Virus record (IMG/VR): IMGVR_UViG_3300042006_000024
Reading direction: 5' to 3' (one strand)
Source of the DNA: a virus
Lineage: Duplodnaviria; Heunggongvirae; Uroviricota; Caudoviricetes
DNA: 64,000 nt
Part shown: positions 1 through 9,914 of the stretch, piece by piece
How positions within the stretch are numbered: position 1 is the stretch's first letter
How the letters are laid out: each line of letters opens with the position of its first letter
Translations under genes and position numbers: made by a program
Notes under the pieces: model-generated
Database searches by the model: none
Told to the model about the DNA's origin: nothing
The model's input: the letters and a program-made list of their open reading frames with translations, nothing else

Positions 1-180
1 AATAGCTATCACGCTAAAGCATGCTAGGAAGGTAAACCACAACGCTTGCACTACCGAGTAAATTGAAGTACGGATGTAGCTACACGTTGTAAAACGTCCA
101 CAACGAGCCTTATCGGTAAAGCGGTCGCTTTGGATTTTACTATTGAAACGAAAGTGCCAGCTAGTGCTAGTGATCTTCAT
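1..180 (-). CDS. hypothetical protein, runs off window edge (MKITSTSWHFRF...)
   Basis: Manually translated ATG at 180 with upstream GGGA; hydrophobic stretch near window edge. Confidence 0.5.
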   Translation of the reverse strand, partial: MKITSTSWHFRFNSKIQSDRFTDKARCGRFTTCSYIRTSIYSVVQALWFTFLACFSVIAI

Positions 181-191
181 GGTGTATTCCC

Positions 192-356
192 TTACAGAGC
201 GGCCAGGATGCGGTCGTATTCAGCGTTGAGTTCATCAGCGCGCACTTGCGCCAGGGCTTCAGTTGCGAATGGTTCGTTGAATTTGAAGTGAGGGTCTACC
301 ACTGAAAACAGAGTTTCGGTGCGGCTCAACGGCATTGCGAGGACTTTGAAGTACAT
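192..356 (-). CDS. small hypothetical protein (54 aa, MYFKVLAMP...)
   Basis: Manual translation; AAGGG RBS; packs between neighbours. Confidence 0.5.
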   Translation of the reverse strand: MYFKVLAMPLSRTETLFSVVDPHFKFNEPFATEALAQVRADELNAEYDRILAAL

Positions 357-421
357 TAGTTCGACTACCCTTTATTAAATTGAACTCACCAAACGGAATG
401 CTCAGTGAGTGAGATGGATGT

Positions 422-757
422 TTATTGTAACTCAATTACGGGAGGAAGATGTTGCCAATGTGTAACATCATCCCATTCCCAGTCTTGACCATCGCAATCG
501 GGATCATCCCAGTAACGATACGACTTGTAGCAGTCTTCGACACCTGCGATGTCCCAGCTAAGAACACCGATGCGACGTTTACCCCTGCACAAGATCAGTA
601 CGGTCACGTCGTCAAGTGGTAGTTCCTCACTGCAAGGTATCCAACCATCAACAACAGTTAGAGTTGTTTTACCTGCGCCAGCATTAGCGGTGAAAAGGTT
701 TACCGTCCCAGTGCTATAACCAACATCAACTTCTTTCAGCAGAGAAACACGTTGCAT
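422..757 (-). CDS. hypothetical protein, DUF551-like C-terminal part
   Basis: GWIPCSEELP ... VTHWQHLP motifs typical of phage DUF551 proteins. Confidence 0.6.
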   Translation of the reverse strand: MQRVSLLKEVDVGYSTGTVNLFTANAGAGKTTLTVVDGWIPCSEELPLDDVTVLILCRGKRRIGVLSWDIAGVEDCYKSYRYWDDPDCDGQDWEWDDVTHWQHLPPVIELQ

Positions 758-1114
758 TTATTTCAGATCCTTGAGTGAGATTATGTCTTTTGGCATGACA
801 ACTTTAACGTCTGCGAACGCTTCGTTGACCATCTTCTTGGTCAGCCAGATTTTACCGGTTTCTGCATCATGAGTGCAACCTGCATAAAGCTGGGTGCACT
901 TGTCGAATGTGTAACCAACGTTCGACTGGTCACCTTCGAGACGCACACGCCATTTACCTTCAGTGTTACAGACGTCGCCCTCATCAAAGATCATCGCACC
1001 TTTCAAACGCAGTGCTTCGAGCTTCAGCGTGAGGTCAACAGCAAGCAGGAACGCGTTGTACGAGCGCTCACCATGAAACCATTCTTTCTCAATTACGAGC
1101 ATTGAGTTCACCAC
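758..1114 (-). CDS. hypothetical protein
   Basis: ORF track; abuts neighbours in co-directional operon. Confidence 0.6.
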   Translation of the reverse strand: MVNSMLVIEKEWFHGERSYNAFLLAVDLTLKLEALRLKGAMIFDEGDVCNTEGKWRVRLEGDQSNVGYTFDKCTQLYAGCTHDAETGKIWLTKKMVNEAFADVKVVMPKDIISLKDLK

Positions 1115-1440
1115 ATGACTATGAATGAGTTGTTTGAATCGTCTTTCTGAAAACCGTAACCCATCAAAAAGACAATGACGCGAGTACCACTGAGGAAGTC
1201 GATTGCGTACACACCATCACTGATGTTCGACTTTGTCACCTTCTTGACCTGTTCAGGATCATAACATGTCTGAGCTTCGAGGTATTCGACTGCGCCCTCT
1301 TCAGTGTCAGGGTATTGCTTGTTGACCATCATTTGATCCACCTCATTAAGGTCTATTGTGCTTGACTTCTGCGACCATCGCGTCACGTAGATTACCGAGC
1401 GCAATGCTTGGGTCTTCTCTGTCGTCGTACTCTTCAGCAA
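1108..1440 (-). CDS. hypothetical protein (true start possibly downstream)
   Basis: ORF track; co-directional packing. Confidence 0.5.
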   Translation of the reverse strand: MLKSTTTEKTQALRSVIYVTRWSQKSSTIDLNEVDQMMVNKQYPDTEEGAVEYLEAQTCYDPEQVKKVTKSNISDGVYAIDFLSGTRVIVFLMGYGFQKDDSNNSFIVMW

Positions 1441-1840
1441 GCTCTAAGATACGCTGTCGAAACGCTTTGTGAGCATCGAGGTACCGAGCAGCATGATTGA
1501 TCGCTGAGTCTAGTACGTTACCTAAGATGTCGATGTCACTGCGCAGAGCAGAGTTCTCAGCAATGACACGCTGAAGCAAGACTGTATCAGCATGCGCTTC
1601 GAGGTGTAGATCAGAGATTTTCAACTGAATCTCGGTAAGCTGAGACTTGAGTCGTCTGATTTCTACCGCTTGTTCATCGTAGGCCGAAGCCATGACCATT
1701 TCAACAGGATGACCGAACTGGTGTACGTCATAACGCGGAACAGTGTTCATGGTTTCGACCCCACATCTTATTAGTAGATTGAGTACGTCAACTCTACTAC
1801 ACCTGATCGCGCAACGCAACTCTTTACCTTCAAATAGCAA
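1346..1840 (-). CDS. hypothetical coiled-coil protein (start uncertain)
   Basis: ORF track; heptad-like segment EIRRLKSQLTEIQLKISDL. Confidence 0.55.
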   Translation of the reverse strand: MLFEGKELRCAIRCSRVDVLNLLIRCGVETMNTVPRYDVHQFGHPVEMVMASAYDEQAVEIRRLKSQLTEIQLKISDLHLEAHADTVLLQRVIAENSALRSDIDILGNVLDSAINHAARYLDAHKAFRQRILELAEEYDDREDPSIALGNLRDAMVAEVKHNRP

Positions 1841-1971
1841 AACGGTGTCACTTGGACACCGTTTTGGTTTATTTTCGCTTTGGGTAACAGAACAGCATCA
1901 CCGTAACAAACATACCTAAGCCGAACATTCTCAGGTAGTCAAGTAATAGTTGAGGTTCAGTAAAACACATG

Positions 1972-2412
1972 TCAAACGATCCAGTAAATTGAGTTCAGGG
2001 TTTCGATGTAGCCCTTTTCGATGTCGATCTTGACCAACAGCGAGGTGCGAGTCTTGAACGGGCTTTGCTCACCTTCGTAGTCGAGTACGAAGCCTTCAGC
2101 CACGAACTTGCCAGCGTATTGAGGGCAGTCAGGGCGCACGCTCATGCACGGGATGATTTGAAGAACGCGTATCTTGTATTCAGCTTTCTTGCGCTCTGGC
2201 TCAGGGTCAACGCCACACATCATCATTGCGGCTTCAGCCATTTCTTGGTCGATGTTCACAGTAGCACCTTCAGATTGAGCAAAGTCGTACTTGTCGCCTG
2301 TTTCGCCACAAGCTTTACATTCAAACAGTTGATCAGTCAGGACGCCTTCGTCGTAGTATTCGCGCAATTCAACATCATGTGAACCACAGTTAGGGCAAGT
2401 TTGCTTAGTCAT
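1972..2412 (-). CDS. hypothetical protein with N-terminal Zn-ribbon
   Basis: CPNCG...CKACG; early promoter directly upstream. Confidence 0.65.
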   Translation of the reverse strand: MTKQTCPNCGSHDVELREYYDEGVLTDQLFECKACGETGDKYDFAQSEGATVNIDQEMAEAAMMMCGVDPEPERKKAEYKIRVLQIIPCMSVRPDCPQYAGKFVAEGFVLDYEGEQSPFKTRTSLLVKIDIEKGYIETLNSIYWIV

Positions 2413-2449
2413 GATGAAGTCCTAGTTAGTTGTTCGTCTCTATGCGTGT

Positions 2450-2478
2450 ATTATGATACCACACACAGAGACGGTCAA
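2450..2478 (-). promoter_or_regulatory. sigma70-type early promoter
   Basis: TTGACC-17-CATAAT on minus strand. Confidence 0.55.
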
Positions 2479-2484
2479 CCTCTT

Positions 2485-2838
2485 TCACGCTATTGGTACG
2501 CCCTTGTTGGTTTGACGTTGCCAGCGACACCACTCGGCCATCGCTTTCTGAAACTGAGTGTACGCCGCGTTGCGCTTTTCGTTACTGCTGAAGACCATGC
2601 TGCCCGAGCGTTCGTTTTCCAGCGCACCGAGTAACCACAGACGTTCAGTCTGAATGTCCATCCGACTGCGACTGATGACCTGGTAGCCATTGCTAGCAGT
2701 GAACGTGAAATAGTCACCATCATCCTCACCCATGTAACGCGTTGCAGGGTGTTGGTAGCTGATATCAAATGTCAGCCGACGATTTGTCATGATGAGATTG
2801 TAGCGGATCAGTTCGATGTCAGGAGAATCAAAGCTCAT
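2485..2838 (-). CDS. hypothetical protein
   Basis: ORF track, GAGGC RBS. Confidence 0.6.
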   Translation of the reverse strand: MSFDSPDIELIRYNLIMTNRRLTFDISYQHPATRYMGEDDGDYFTFTASNGYQVISRSRMDIQTERLWLLGALENERSGSMVFSSNEKRNAAYTQFQKAMAEWCRWQRQTNKGVPIA

Positions 2839-2840
2839 GT

Positions 2841-3071
2841 TCAGGCAGCCTCTTTCACTTGGTTTTCATCCCAAACGTCGAACGCAACCTGTGGGTTCAT
2901 CTTGCCTTTGGTTGCGGTCATGCACGCACGAACAAAGCTTTGTTTGTCTGCATACGAACCCTTGCGAAAGAACTCTTTACACCAATCAATTGCATCCTGA
3001 CCCCAGGCATTAGACCAGGTGCGAGCAGGATCATCATTCATATACGGCTTATACATGCTTTTTCTTCTCAA
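2841..3071 (-). CDS. hypothetical protein
   Basis: ORF track; operon packing. Confidence 0.55.
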   Translation of the reverse strand: MRRKSMYKPYMNDDPARTWSNAWGQDAIDWCKEFFRKGSYADKQSFVRACMTATKGKMNPQVAFDVWDENQVKEAA

Positions 3072-3327
3072 CGGTTGGGATGACGATTATATCGAGGAGC
3101 GTTTTGAACGCCCTACATTCTTCAGCATATCGAGCGATGTCGCTTGTTGCATTGCGACACATGTCGCGCAGCAGACCTCGTTCAATACAGCGTACCGCGA
3201 TTGCAGCACCTACAAGGTCAGCTTCAGCAGCACGGAGCGATCTCAACAGTATTTGCTTGATTTCTTCGTTGGCTGGAGCAACTGGCATCTTTTCGTAATC
3301 TTCGGAGTTCAGTAGAGAATTGTCCAT
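3049..3327 (-). CDS. hypothetical protein
   Basis: ORF track, GAAGG RBS. Confidence 0.55.
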   Translation of the reverse strand: MDNSLLNSEDYEKMPVAPANEEIKQILLRSLRAAEADLVGAAIAVRCIERGLLRDMCRNATSDIARYAEECRAFKTLLDIIVIPTVEKKKHV

Positions 3328-3411
3328 GATGCACCTTCAGCGTAGATTGCAGCAGTGGCTAACAGAAGTCCTATTGTAACAGTGAAACGCAGCATGAGTC
3401 TAGCGAAAAGC

Positions 3412-3636
3412 TTAATCACTCTCCACCTCGTAGCAGTGGTACACATGAACGAGGAAACCGTTAGGTAACCGATAATAATTCATGTTGTGCTTGACACAAC
3501 GGTTGAACACAGCTTTAGGAAAGCGACGTAGGAACTCACGGTTCTCTTTCGAGTAGTGCGCCCAATCGAGGTTGAACTTCTCGGTTGGTGGAATGACTTT
3601 CATTTTGAGTTTCATGGTAAAGATCCTACTCCACAA
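3412..3636 (-). CDS. hypothetical protein
   Basis: ORF track. Confidence 0.5.
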   Translation of the reverse strand: MWSRIFTMKLKMKVIPPTEKFNLDWAHYSKENREFLRRFPKAVFNRCVKHNMNYYRLPNGFLVHVYHCYEVESD

Positions 3637-3673
3637 AAGGGTTGCCCGACTGTTACATCGGGCAAGTCGTCGA

Positions 3674-4078
3674 TCACTCAGCGTTTTTCAGACCGTAATG
3701 CTCACTGTTACCTTTTCGGAAAACTTCGAGCAACTTACCGTTCATCAGGATCTTTTGACCTGGCTTCAGCAGGATGCGAGTTTCTTTGGCGCGTTCGTGA
3801 GAGGTGATCGACGCTCCGCAGTTGTTGATCCAATATTTCTCGTGACCGAACTTGTCGCAACGCGCTTCAGCTTCGACTGGATCTTCGTTATAGTCTTGAG
3901 CGTAGTAAGCGGCGCAGTACGGCCGAACTTCAGGGTACAGATTACCGTGACGAATGGTCTCTTTGGAGACGCAGAACTTCAGACCATTGAACTGTTCGAG
4001 CGATTCACGCGACAGTTCAATCACGTCTTGTTCAAGGTCAACGATGGTCATTGCTGGGAAGTCTGCGACAGTTTTCAT
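3674..4078 (-). CDS. hypothetical protein
   Basis: ORF track; AAGGA RBS within the recurrent early leader. Confidence 0.65.
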   Translation of the reverse strand: MKTVADFPAMTIVDLEQDVIELSRESLEQFNGLKFCVSKETIRHGNLYPEVRPYCAAYYAQDYNEDPVEAEARCDKFGHEKYWINNCGASITSHERAKETRILLKPGQKILMNGKLLEVFRKGNSEHYGLKNAE

Positions 4079-4166
4079 GATTTAATTCCTTCTTCACGTT
4101 GTTTGTTTCGATGTGTTCATGGTACGTCGAACGAGATAGGTTGTAAAGCCTACCTCGCGAATATTT

Positions 4167-4520
4167 TCATTTATTTTTCGACTCCCTACCAATTCGAATC
4201 TGTTCAGCCTCTTCAAGTGCCTCTTCCAGCGTCAGGTCTTCTGTTGTGCTTGCTGTAGGGGATTCAAGAAATGGGAGCTTGATGGGCGTCGGTTCCGGCT
4301 CTTCGGGTATCGACACTGGTTGTCGCTGCACATGTGCCCCTGATATCCCCGACACGGTTGATTCAGCAGCGTAGCTTAGCGCTCTGAACATGTGAACGAA
4401 CACGGGTCTGACATCAGTGCCAGTGATAAGCAAGATCGACAAGAAGATAATAACAAAGGTCTTCATCACAATTCTCCAAGCTATCAGCGACTTGCGGCGG
4501 AGGGTGGGGCTTCCAGACAA
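4167..4520 (-). CDS. hypothetical secreted/membrane protein (likely start at MKTFVIIF)
   Basis: N-terminal hydrophobic segment, Pro/Glu-rich tail; follows spanins. Confidence 0.5.
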   Translation of the reverse strand: MSGSPTLRRKSLIAWRIVMKTFVIIFLSILLITGTDVRPVFVHMFRALSYAAESTVSGISGAHVQRQPVSIPEEPEPTPIKLPFLESPTASTTEDLTLEEALEEAEQIRIGRESKNK

Positions 4521-4795
4521 CGGTACTCGTTTAACTCTTTACGGTAGAAACACATGACAGCGTTTGAATCGCGCATGTAACGCGTCATGTCTTCCATTAG
4601 CACCTTGAGGCGCAGGGATTCGTCATATGTGAGCCCGACATAGACATGGTCTTCAAGGGGAATGACCTTCCAATGAAACGTGTACGGACTGATTGGTGTG
4701 GGTAGCGCAGGGTGCGACATCGGCGCTGGCTCAGGTGTGCTTGAGCAACCGACCATTGCAAGTACACACGCTACCATCAGGGTTTTCTTAAACAT
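4484..4795 (-). CDS. outer-membrane spanin (o-spanin, Rz1/pseT.2-like lipoprotein)
   Basis: Lipobox VLAMVG-C, Pro-rich linker, overlaps end of i-spanin gene. Confidence 0.75.
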   Translation of the reverse strand: MFKKTLMVACVLAMVGCSSTPEPAPMSHPALPTPISPYTFHWKVIPLEDHVYVGLTYDESLRLKVLMEDMTRYMRDSNAVMCFYRKELNEYRCLEAPPSAASR

Positions 4796-5178
4796 GGTGT
4801 TGAGTCTCCTGTAGTGCATGAAATTTCATCAGTAAACGAGCTGAAGCTTTGGTTGATCATCTTCTCAGTCAGCGTCGGCTTAGCTCGCAACACGGCTTCT
4901 CGACCTGTGAATTTCTCAACTGTACGTTTAGTATCATTGAACTTTTGGCCAGAGTTTGCAACCTTTTTATCCGTCTCGATGCGATTTTTCTTGTCGGCTT
5001 CGATAGCGGCTTGCACCTCATCATATTTTGATTGCAGGGCGCTAAGGTCACTCTTCACATCTGCGGTTTTCTGAAGCTGATTGTTGTACAGCGCACCTAG
5101 GCTGATCACCATCAGTAACAGCATTACAGCTACACCACTAACGATAGCAATGAGTTTCGATTTCAGCAAGTCGAACAT
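4777..5178 (-). CDS. inner-membrane spanin (i-spanin, Rz/pseT.3-like)
   Basis: Single N-terminal TM helix then coiled coil with C-terminal Cys; directly upstream of lipoprotein gene. Confidence 0.75.
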   Translation of the reverse strand: MFDLLKSKLIAIVSGVAVMLLLMVISLGALYNNQLQKTADVKSDLSALQSKYDEVQAAIEADKKNRIETDKKVANSGQKFNDTKRTVEKFTGREAVLRAKPTLTEKMINQSFSSFTDEISCTTGDSTPCLRKP

Positions 5179-5193
5179 GTGACCAAGCTCCTT

Positions 5194-5511
5194 TTATTTT
5201 GGCTTGCGCAAGAATGAGGCCGCACCTGATGTCTTGTTGACAACCAGCAACGACTTGGCGGTGGAATAGTGCTTCTGGACGAAGGTGCGCAGTTGCTCAT
5301 CCTCGATGTAACCATCCCACTTAGCGTATGGGATCTTACCTAGTTGACAACGCACATAGGTATCATGATCGACTTCAACGTACTTGTGACCTGCAATGCT
5401 ACCCGACTTGAACGGAGCATCAGCAATCGCAACACCGCCAGTTGTGTTCGTAGGAGCGGCCGACTCAGACTCAAGCAAGCCAAGCAGTAGGTGTTCAATG
5501 AGACTCTGCAT
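5194..5511 (-). CDS. T4-like conserved hypothetical protein, possibly head-associated
   Basis: ESAAPTNTTGG motif resembles the processed N-terminus of this phage's gp23 (MPANTTGG). Confidence 0.55.
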   Translation of the reverse strand: MQSLIEHLLLGLLESESAAPTNTTGGVAIADAPFKSGSIAGHKYVEVDHDTYVRCQLGKIPYAKWDGYIEDEQLRTFVQKHYSTAKSLLVVNKTSGAASFLRKPK

Positions 5512-5857
5512 AAAGGTTCCCGACCTCGATAAGAAATTGCGAATCAAAATGTTTTGGTTCGATTAGTGGTAATGAGAGAAACAGCAGTACCGAGTTTGCA
5601 TATTTGACCTGATGATCAAACAGCTTGTATTCGAGAATCCTGATTGCGGCATGGGTCTCGAACACATTAAAGAAGCTTATCACACTGTTGACAATGACTC
5701 TTGTGTTGTCCTTGCCTAAGTCAAGACGATTGGTGATCAGCTTCTTAATGATGCTTGCACGGTAAAGGTCTGATTCAAATTCCGCTTCAGTCAAGCAAAA
5801 CGGATTATCGTAATGCTTGGCTGCGAAGAGACGAAACGTCGAGTCAGTTAATTGCAC
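5495..5857 (-). CDS. conserved T4-like hypothetical protein
   Basis: FAAKHYDNPFC...EFESDL motif recalled from T4-like phages. Confidence 0.65.
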   Translation of the reverse strand: MQLTDSTFRLFAAKHYDNPFCLTEAEFESDLYRASIIKKLITNRLDLGKDNTRVIVNSVISFFNVFETHAAIRILEYKLFDHQVKYANSVLLFLSLPLIEPKHFDSQFLIEVGNLYAESH

Positions 5858-6256
5858 TTAGGCATCAACCTTTGGCTTGCGTGGACGGTAGCCGCCGCGT
5901 TTCTTTTTCTCGGCAACGACGGGTTCAGCGGATTCCTTGACCACGTCTTCTACGATGTCTTCTACAACGACATCTGGCTTGGCAGTATCGAGTGTGTCAA
6001 GCAGGTCATCAATCGACGTATCGGCTGTTACAGGGGCTTCCAGTGACAGTGCAGTACCTTCAGGCAGCTCGGTCACTTCGGTAGTACGTGCTGACTCGAA
6101 CTGGAATGTAGGTAGACCAAGATGTTCAGCAATGCGTTGGTCAAGATTCTTTACGCTGACCAGTAGTTCACCAGTCTTCTCGACAACCCAGCCTTTAGGC
6201 GTCGCAATTACGTTGTCTTTGTGCTTTGGTTTGTTGAGGAAAGCAGGAGCGCTCAT
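5858..6256 (-). CDS. late hypothetical protein; N-terminal module shared with the SGNH protein
   Basis: ATAAATA upstream (~6295); KGWVVEKTGELLVS; acidic middle, basic tail. Confidence 0.65.
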   Translation of the reverse strand: MSAPAFLNKPKHKDNVIATPKGWVVEKTGELLVSVKNLDQRIAEHLGLPTFQFESARTTEVTELPEGTALSLEAPVTADTSIDDLLDTLDTAKPDVVVEDIVEDVVKESAEPVVAEKKKRGGYRPRKPKVDA

Positions 6257-6310
6257 AATTAAGTCCACATGTTGATTAAGTATGAACCTATTTATGGTAT
6301 TCTGAAACGA

Positions 6311-6337
6311 CAAAAGAGCGCATAAGCGCCCTTTTGT
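6311..6337 (-). terminator. Rho-independent terminator after rIIB
   Basis: aaaagagcgc-ataa-gcgccctttt hairpin with U-tract on minus strand. Confidence 0.55.
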
Positions 6338-6354
6338 TTTCTAGCTAGTGAAGC

Positions 6355-7425
6355 TTACCAGGAGCTGCCACGAATCTCTGCCGAGAATGCATCAGTGACA
6401 TCTTCAACCACGTTGTAGCCAGCGCAACGCATTTTGCTGTCGTTGTAGTCTTTCGGTACTGCTACAACGTCTTGTGGATGCACTTCAACCTTCACAACAC
6501 GATTGCCATTGCTGGAGAAGTGTTTGATGTAAGACTTGGCGCAAACGTGCAGACCGTAGGAGCAGGTCACTTCGCTGTTTTCGTTCACCTGGTTACGGGC
6601 AACACGCACTTCATTACCGACAGAGTTGTCCATCGTGTTGGAGTGTACGTCGAAGTAGGTATCACGCACGACTTTCCATGCATAGAAGTTGCCGTTAGGC
6701 GCGATCTCGATGTCGTTGTGCGTCAGGAACCCGTACAGCTCGTTAACCGAACGGTTGCTTGGGTTCAGCATCAGCTTGTCCAGGAAGTTGAACAGCGACT
6801 CAACACCTTCAACGCCATCGTTCTTAATGGTGTCGATGATACGCTGACTCAGTTTGCCGCTGACTTCGAACGGTACACCTACATCAGGCGTGTACAGAAT
6901 CGAACCTTTCACTACGTCGACCTTGAACTTGCCTTTGGTGAAACCTTCAACCATTTTCTTTGGCTGGCACATGAAGTACGCTTTTTCCAATGCGTCTTGA
7001 GCCATACCGCTGTTGACGATCAGTTCAAACACTTCGTCGAAGGTATCGGCACTGCGATCAATCACAACCGAACTGTCCACAGCGCTATTAACCAGGCGAG
7101 TCAGGCTGATCGATTTGCGAGTTGCCAGAACGCGGTATTCGACATCGTCTTCAACGATAGTCGGCGCATTGAATGGCTGGCGATAAGCATCACCGTCGGC
7201 ATAACCACCTGCAACGCCAGTCGATTTAGGCATCACAGCCTGTTTAACTTTCACCGGTTTGGCTTTCTTTGCAACTGGTGAAGCGTTGGCATCTTCAATC
7301 CAGCGACCGAGAGTCCGGATAGACACTCCATAAGCGGCGGCAACCGCGGTCTTAGTGTCACCACTTACTACCAGGTCACGCGCATCACGTTTGGTTTCGA
7401 TTGGAGTGTTGAGAGCTTTAGTCAT
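6355..7425 (-). CDS. rIIB: RIIB lysis-inhibition accessory protein
   Basis: N-terminal HTH; FLTHNDIEIAPNGNFYAWKVVR and DNSVG...CSYGLHV motifs; downstream of rIIA. Confidence 0.9.
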   Translation of the reverse strand: MTKALNTPIETKRDARDLVVSGDTKTAVAAAYGVSIRTLGRWIEDANASPVAKKAKPVKVKQAVMPKSTGVAGGYADGDAYRQPFNAPTIVEDDVEYRVLATRKSISLTRLVNSAVDSSVVIDRSADTFDEVFELIVNSGMAQDALEKAYFMCQPKKMVEGFTKGKFKVDVVKGSILYTPDVGVPFEVSGKLSQRIIDTIKNDGVEGVESLFNFLDKLMLNPSNRSVNELYGFLTHNDIEIAPNGNFYAWKVVRDTYFDVHSNTMDNSVGNEVRVARNQVNENSEVTCSYGLHVCAKSYIKHFSSNGNRVVKVEVHPQDVVAVPKDYNDSKMRCAGYNVVEDVTDAFSAEIRGSSW

Positions 7426-7497
7426 TGCGATGTATCCTCAGATCATTAAAGTAAGTTTGAATCATTCTTTCATATTGTGGCGTGTAGTGTATTTGAA

Positions 7498-9840
7498 TCA
7501 TTCCTCGTCGTCAAGGAATTCCTCATCCTTCTGTACTTCTTTTTCGATAAACACATTCAGTTCACGCAATTTGTCCATGTGCTGAACATACTGGTTAACA
7601 TAATCAACATCTTCACTGTCGAAGATCATCGGGTAGTCATATACCACGCCGTCGAATATCGTCTTAGCAGTTGCTAGGGCGTTTGACGCAAGTGTGGATG
7701 GGTTAAATGTGGCGTCATGATCCAAGAACCGAATGTTATACGGCAGTTTAGAGTAAACATCCTCATCCGATAGATTAGAGACTAACGACAATGCCTTAGC
7801 CAGGTCACTATTAGGACTGCTTTCGATAAAACGTTCAGCCCGACTAACGATCTCATCAGCTAGGCGACGGGCATCACTATCCATGAACTTGGCCATTACC
7901 GACTTGATATTAACGTCAAAACCGTAGTTATCAAGCTTGTATTTCAATGTCACTGCACGAATGTAATCGATGTCGTAGGTGTTGACCACTTTGATCGCAT
8001 TAGCACCAAACATCTTCTCGGCTTTCTTCAGAGCAGGTGTCTTAACGATGATCAGCATATCGATTTTAAACATGCGGCAGAATGCGAACATCGACCCACC
8101 TACCGAAGTAGCAACAGTATGGTGAAACTCATCACCATCCAGTGCCGATGCAGGTTCACCAACTAGAGTTCTAGAGGGCCGCGCAACTGTTACGTCGGCT
8201 TCAAAGTAACGCTCTTGTAGGAGCAAGTAATTTTTACCGTTAACAACATCGGCAGTAACAATCTTTTCATTGGTATAGTTGTATGTCAGGATACCTGTTG
8301 TTGGGTCTGTGATCAACTCGAACAGCTTCACACGCACGCTGTCAGTCGCTATACGGGCAGCGGCTTTCGCACGTACTGTAGGCCCTTGCAGGGCTTTCAG
8401 CGCATCACGTTGGGCTTTACGCTCAGCCTTATCAATAACAAGAAGATCGGCAGCAACACTGAACTCGATATAGTCACCGAAGATTTTAACCAACTCATCT
8501 CGAACAGCCTGTTCAACCAGAACATCAGTGAAGAACACACCAAAGAATCCGGTTGAATCTTTGACCAAAGACCGTGCAACGCGCTGGAAGCCTTTGTCGT
8601 TGCCCTGCAGGATAACGATCTTGCGTTGGCGCAACTTGCTGAAGGTCATTCCTCCGACGTAATCGAGTGAATGTCGCTTCACTTGACCACGACGGTTCTC
8701 GGCAAAGTAGTAGCTGTCAAGTCTGCTGTCTTCATTTGTAGACTCTTCAAACTCGGCGTTCATTACCTTGATGAAGTTGTCGTCTGCAAGGGTGCGAATA
8801 CTCACACTGTTGAAGGTGAACATGTCATAAGCCCATGCACCTACACTTTCCTCAACCAGAGCAATTGCGTCAGGTACGTTGTCAACTTCGCTATCAAGTT
8901 TGGCTTGTGTGTCGGCACAGAACTGATTGATCACTTCCTTAACGCGCTTGATGAATTGCTTTTCAGTCTCTTCATCAAAGGAGATCGTTTCACGCGAAGC
9001 CGCAACATCCAGTTCACCGATGTCGAACTTGACGGTCAAGGTGTTGTTCTTGAAGAACGCGCATTCGCTTGGGTTGAAGTGAGATGCAAAGGTCTCAGAC
9101 ACGCTAGGCACATGATAGGCAACGTTACCCATCACTGCGGTAATCGTGTTACGTTCCCACCCATCCTTCGAATAGGTCGACCAGAACGATCCTTCTTTAG
9201 CAAGACGAAGCGCTTTGCTGTTGTCGACTGCGATAGAACCACCGACGACTTCAGGGGTGACGACAAACCACTTGAAGACCTTCACTGCATCACTATTGAA
9301 CTGATTGAAGTCAGTTGTCTTGACAGGAACAGTCACACGCACGCCGTTAGGTTCGGTCGTTTCGCTCTTGCTGATCAGCGATGTGGCAGGCTCACCTTGC
9401 ATGTTGATGAAGGCATTGAAGTGGTATTCATAGCCATTCTTGCGTGCACGGATGTTGAAGCTGTCGCAGTAGGAGAACGGCGTTTTCGAACCCAGACCAA
9501 ATCCACCAATTACATCGTTGCTTTCTGTCTTGGTTGATGTAAAATACGAGGTATAGATGTTCTCCACATCGTCTGCATCCAGACCGATACCGAAGTCTTC
9601 CACGTAGAATTCGGGTTCCCAGGTGTTTGGCATATGCACCAAAATTGGCCGTTCAGGGCAACCTGCCTGGACATGGCTATCATGCGCGTTACAACTCAGC
9701 TCACGAATGATTGCCTCGATCTTGCGCGAGTACAATGCCGAACTCAGGATCTGGAACGCTTTCGCGCTTGCCTGAATGGTAAACTTCTTTTCGTTATTAC
9801 CGTTCGTCAGGATCAAATTATCTTCTTGGCGTATCTTCAC
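7498..9840 (-). CDS. rIIA: RIIA protein with N-terminal GHKL/HATPase domain (GTG start at 9840)
   Basis: KAFQILSSALYS...IRELSCNAHDSH, DFGIGL, GGFGLGSKTPFSY. Confidence 0.9.
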   Translation of the reverse strand: MKIRQEDNLILTNGNNEKKFTIQASAKAFQILSSALYSRKIEAIIRELSCNAHDSHVQAGCPERPILVHMPNTWEPEFYVEDFGIGLDADDVENIYTSYFTSTKTESNDVIGGFGLGSKTPFSYCDSFNIRARKNGYEYHFNAFINMQGEPATSLISKSETTEPNGVRVTVPVKTTDFNQFNSDAVKVFKWFVVTPEVVGGSIAVDNSKALRLAKEGSFWSTYSKDGWERNTITAVMGNVAYHVPSVSETFASHFNPSECAFFKNNTLTVKFDIGELDVAASRETISFDEETEKQFIKRVKEVINQFCADTQAKLDSEVDNVPDAIALVEESVGAWAYDMFTFNSVSIRTLADDNFIKVMNAEFEESTNEDSRLDSYYFAENRRGQVKRHSLDYVGGMTFSKLRQRKIVILQGNDKGFQRVARSLVKDSTGFFGVFFTDVLVEQAVRDELVKIFGDYIEFSVAADLLVIDKAERKAQRDALKALQGPTVRAKAAARIATDSVRVKLFELITDPTTGILTYNYTNEKIVTADVVNGKNYLLLQERYFEADVTVARPSRTLVGEPASALDGDEFHHTVATSVGGSMFAFCRMFKIDMLIIVKTPALKKAEKMFGANAIKVVNTYDIDYIRAVTLKYKLDNYGFDVNIKSVMAKFMDSDARRLADEIVSRAERFIESSPNSDLAKALSLVSNLSDEDVYSKLPYNIRFLDHDATFNPSTLASNALATAKTIFDGVVYDYPMIFDSEDVDYVNQYVQHMDKLRELNVFIEKEVQKDEEFLDDEE

Positions 9841-9914
9841 TACAATCTTACCTTTTTGCTGAGGAAAGGAAAACGCCACAATGAGTGGCGTTGTCTGTTT
9901 GGAAACTTTTTGTG

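Noticed and set aside
422-757. Walker A-like TANAGAGKT in a small ORF
   Set aside because: No room or motifs for a P-loop domain; remainder is DUF551-like
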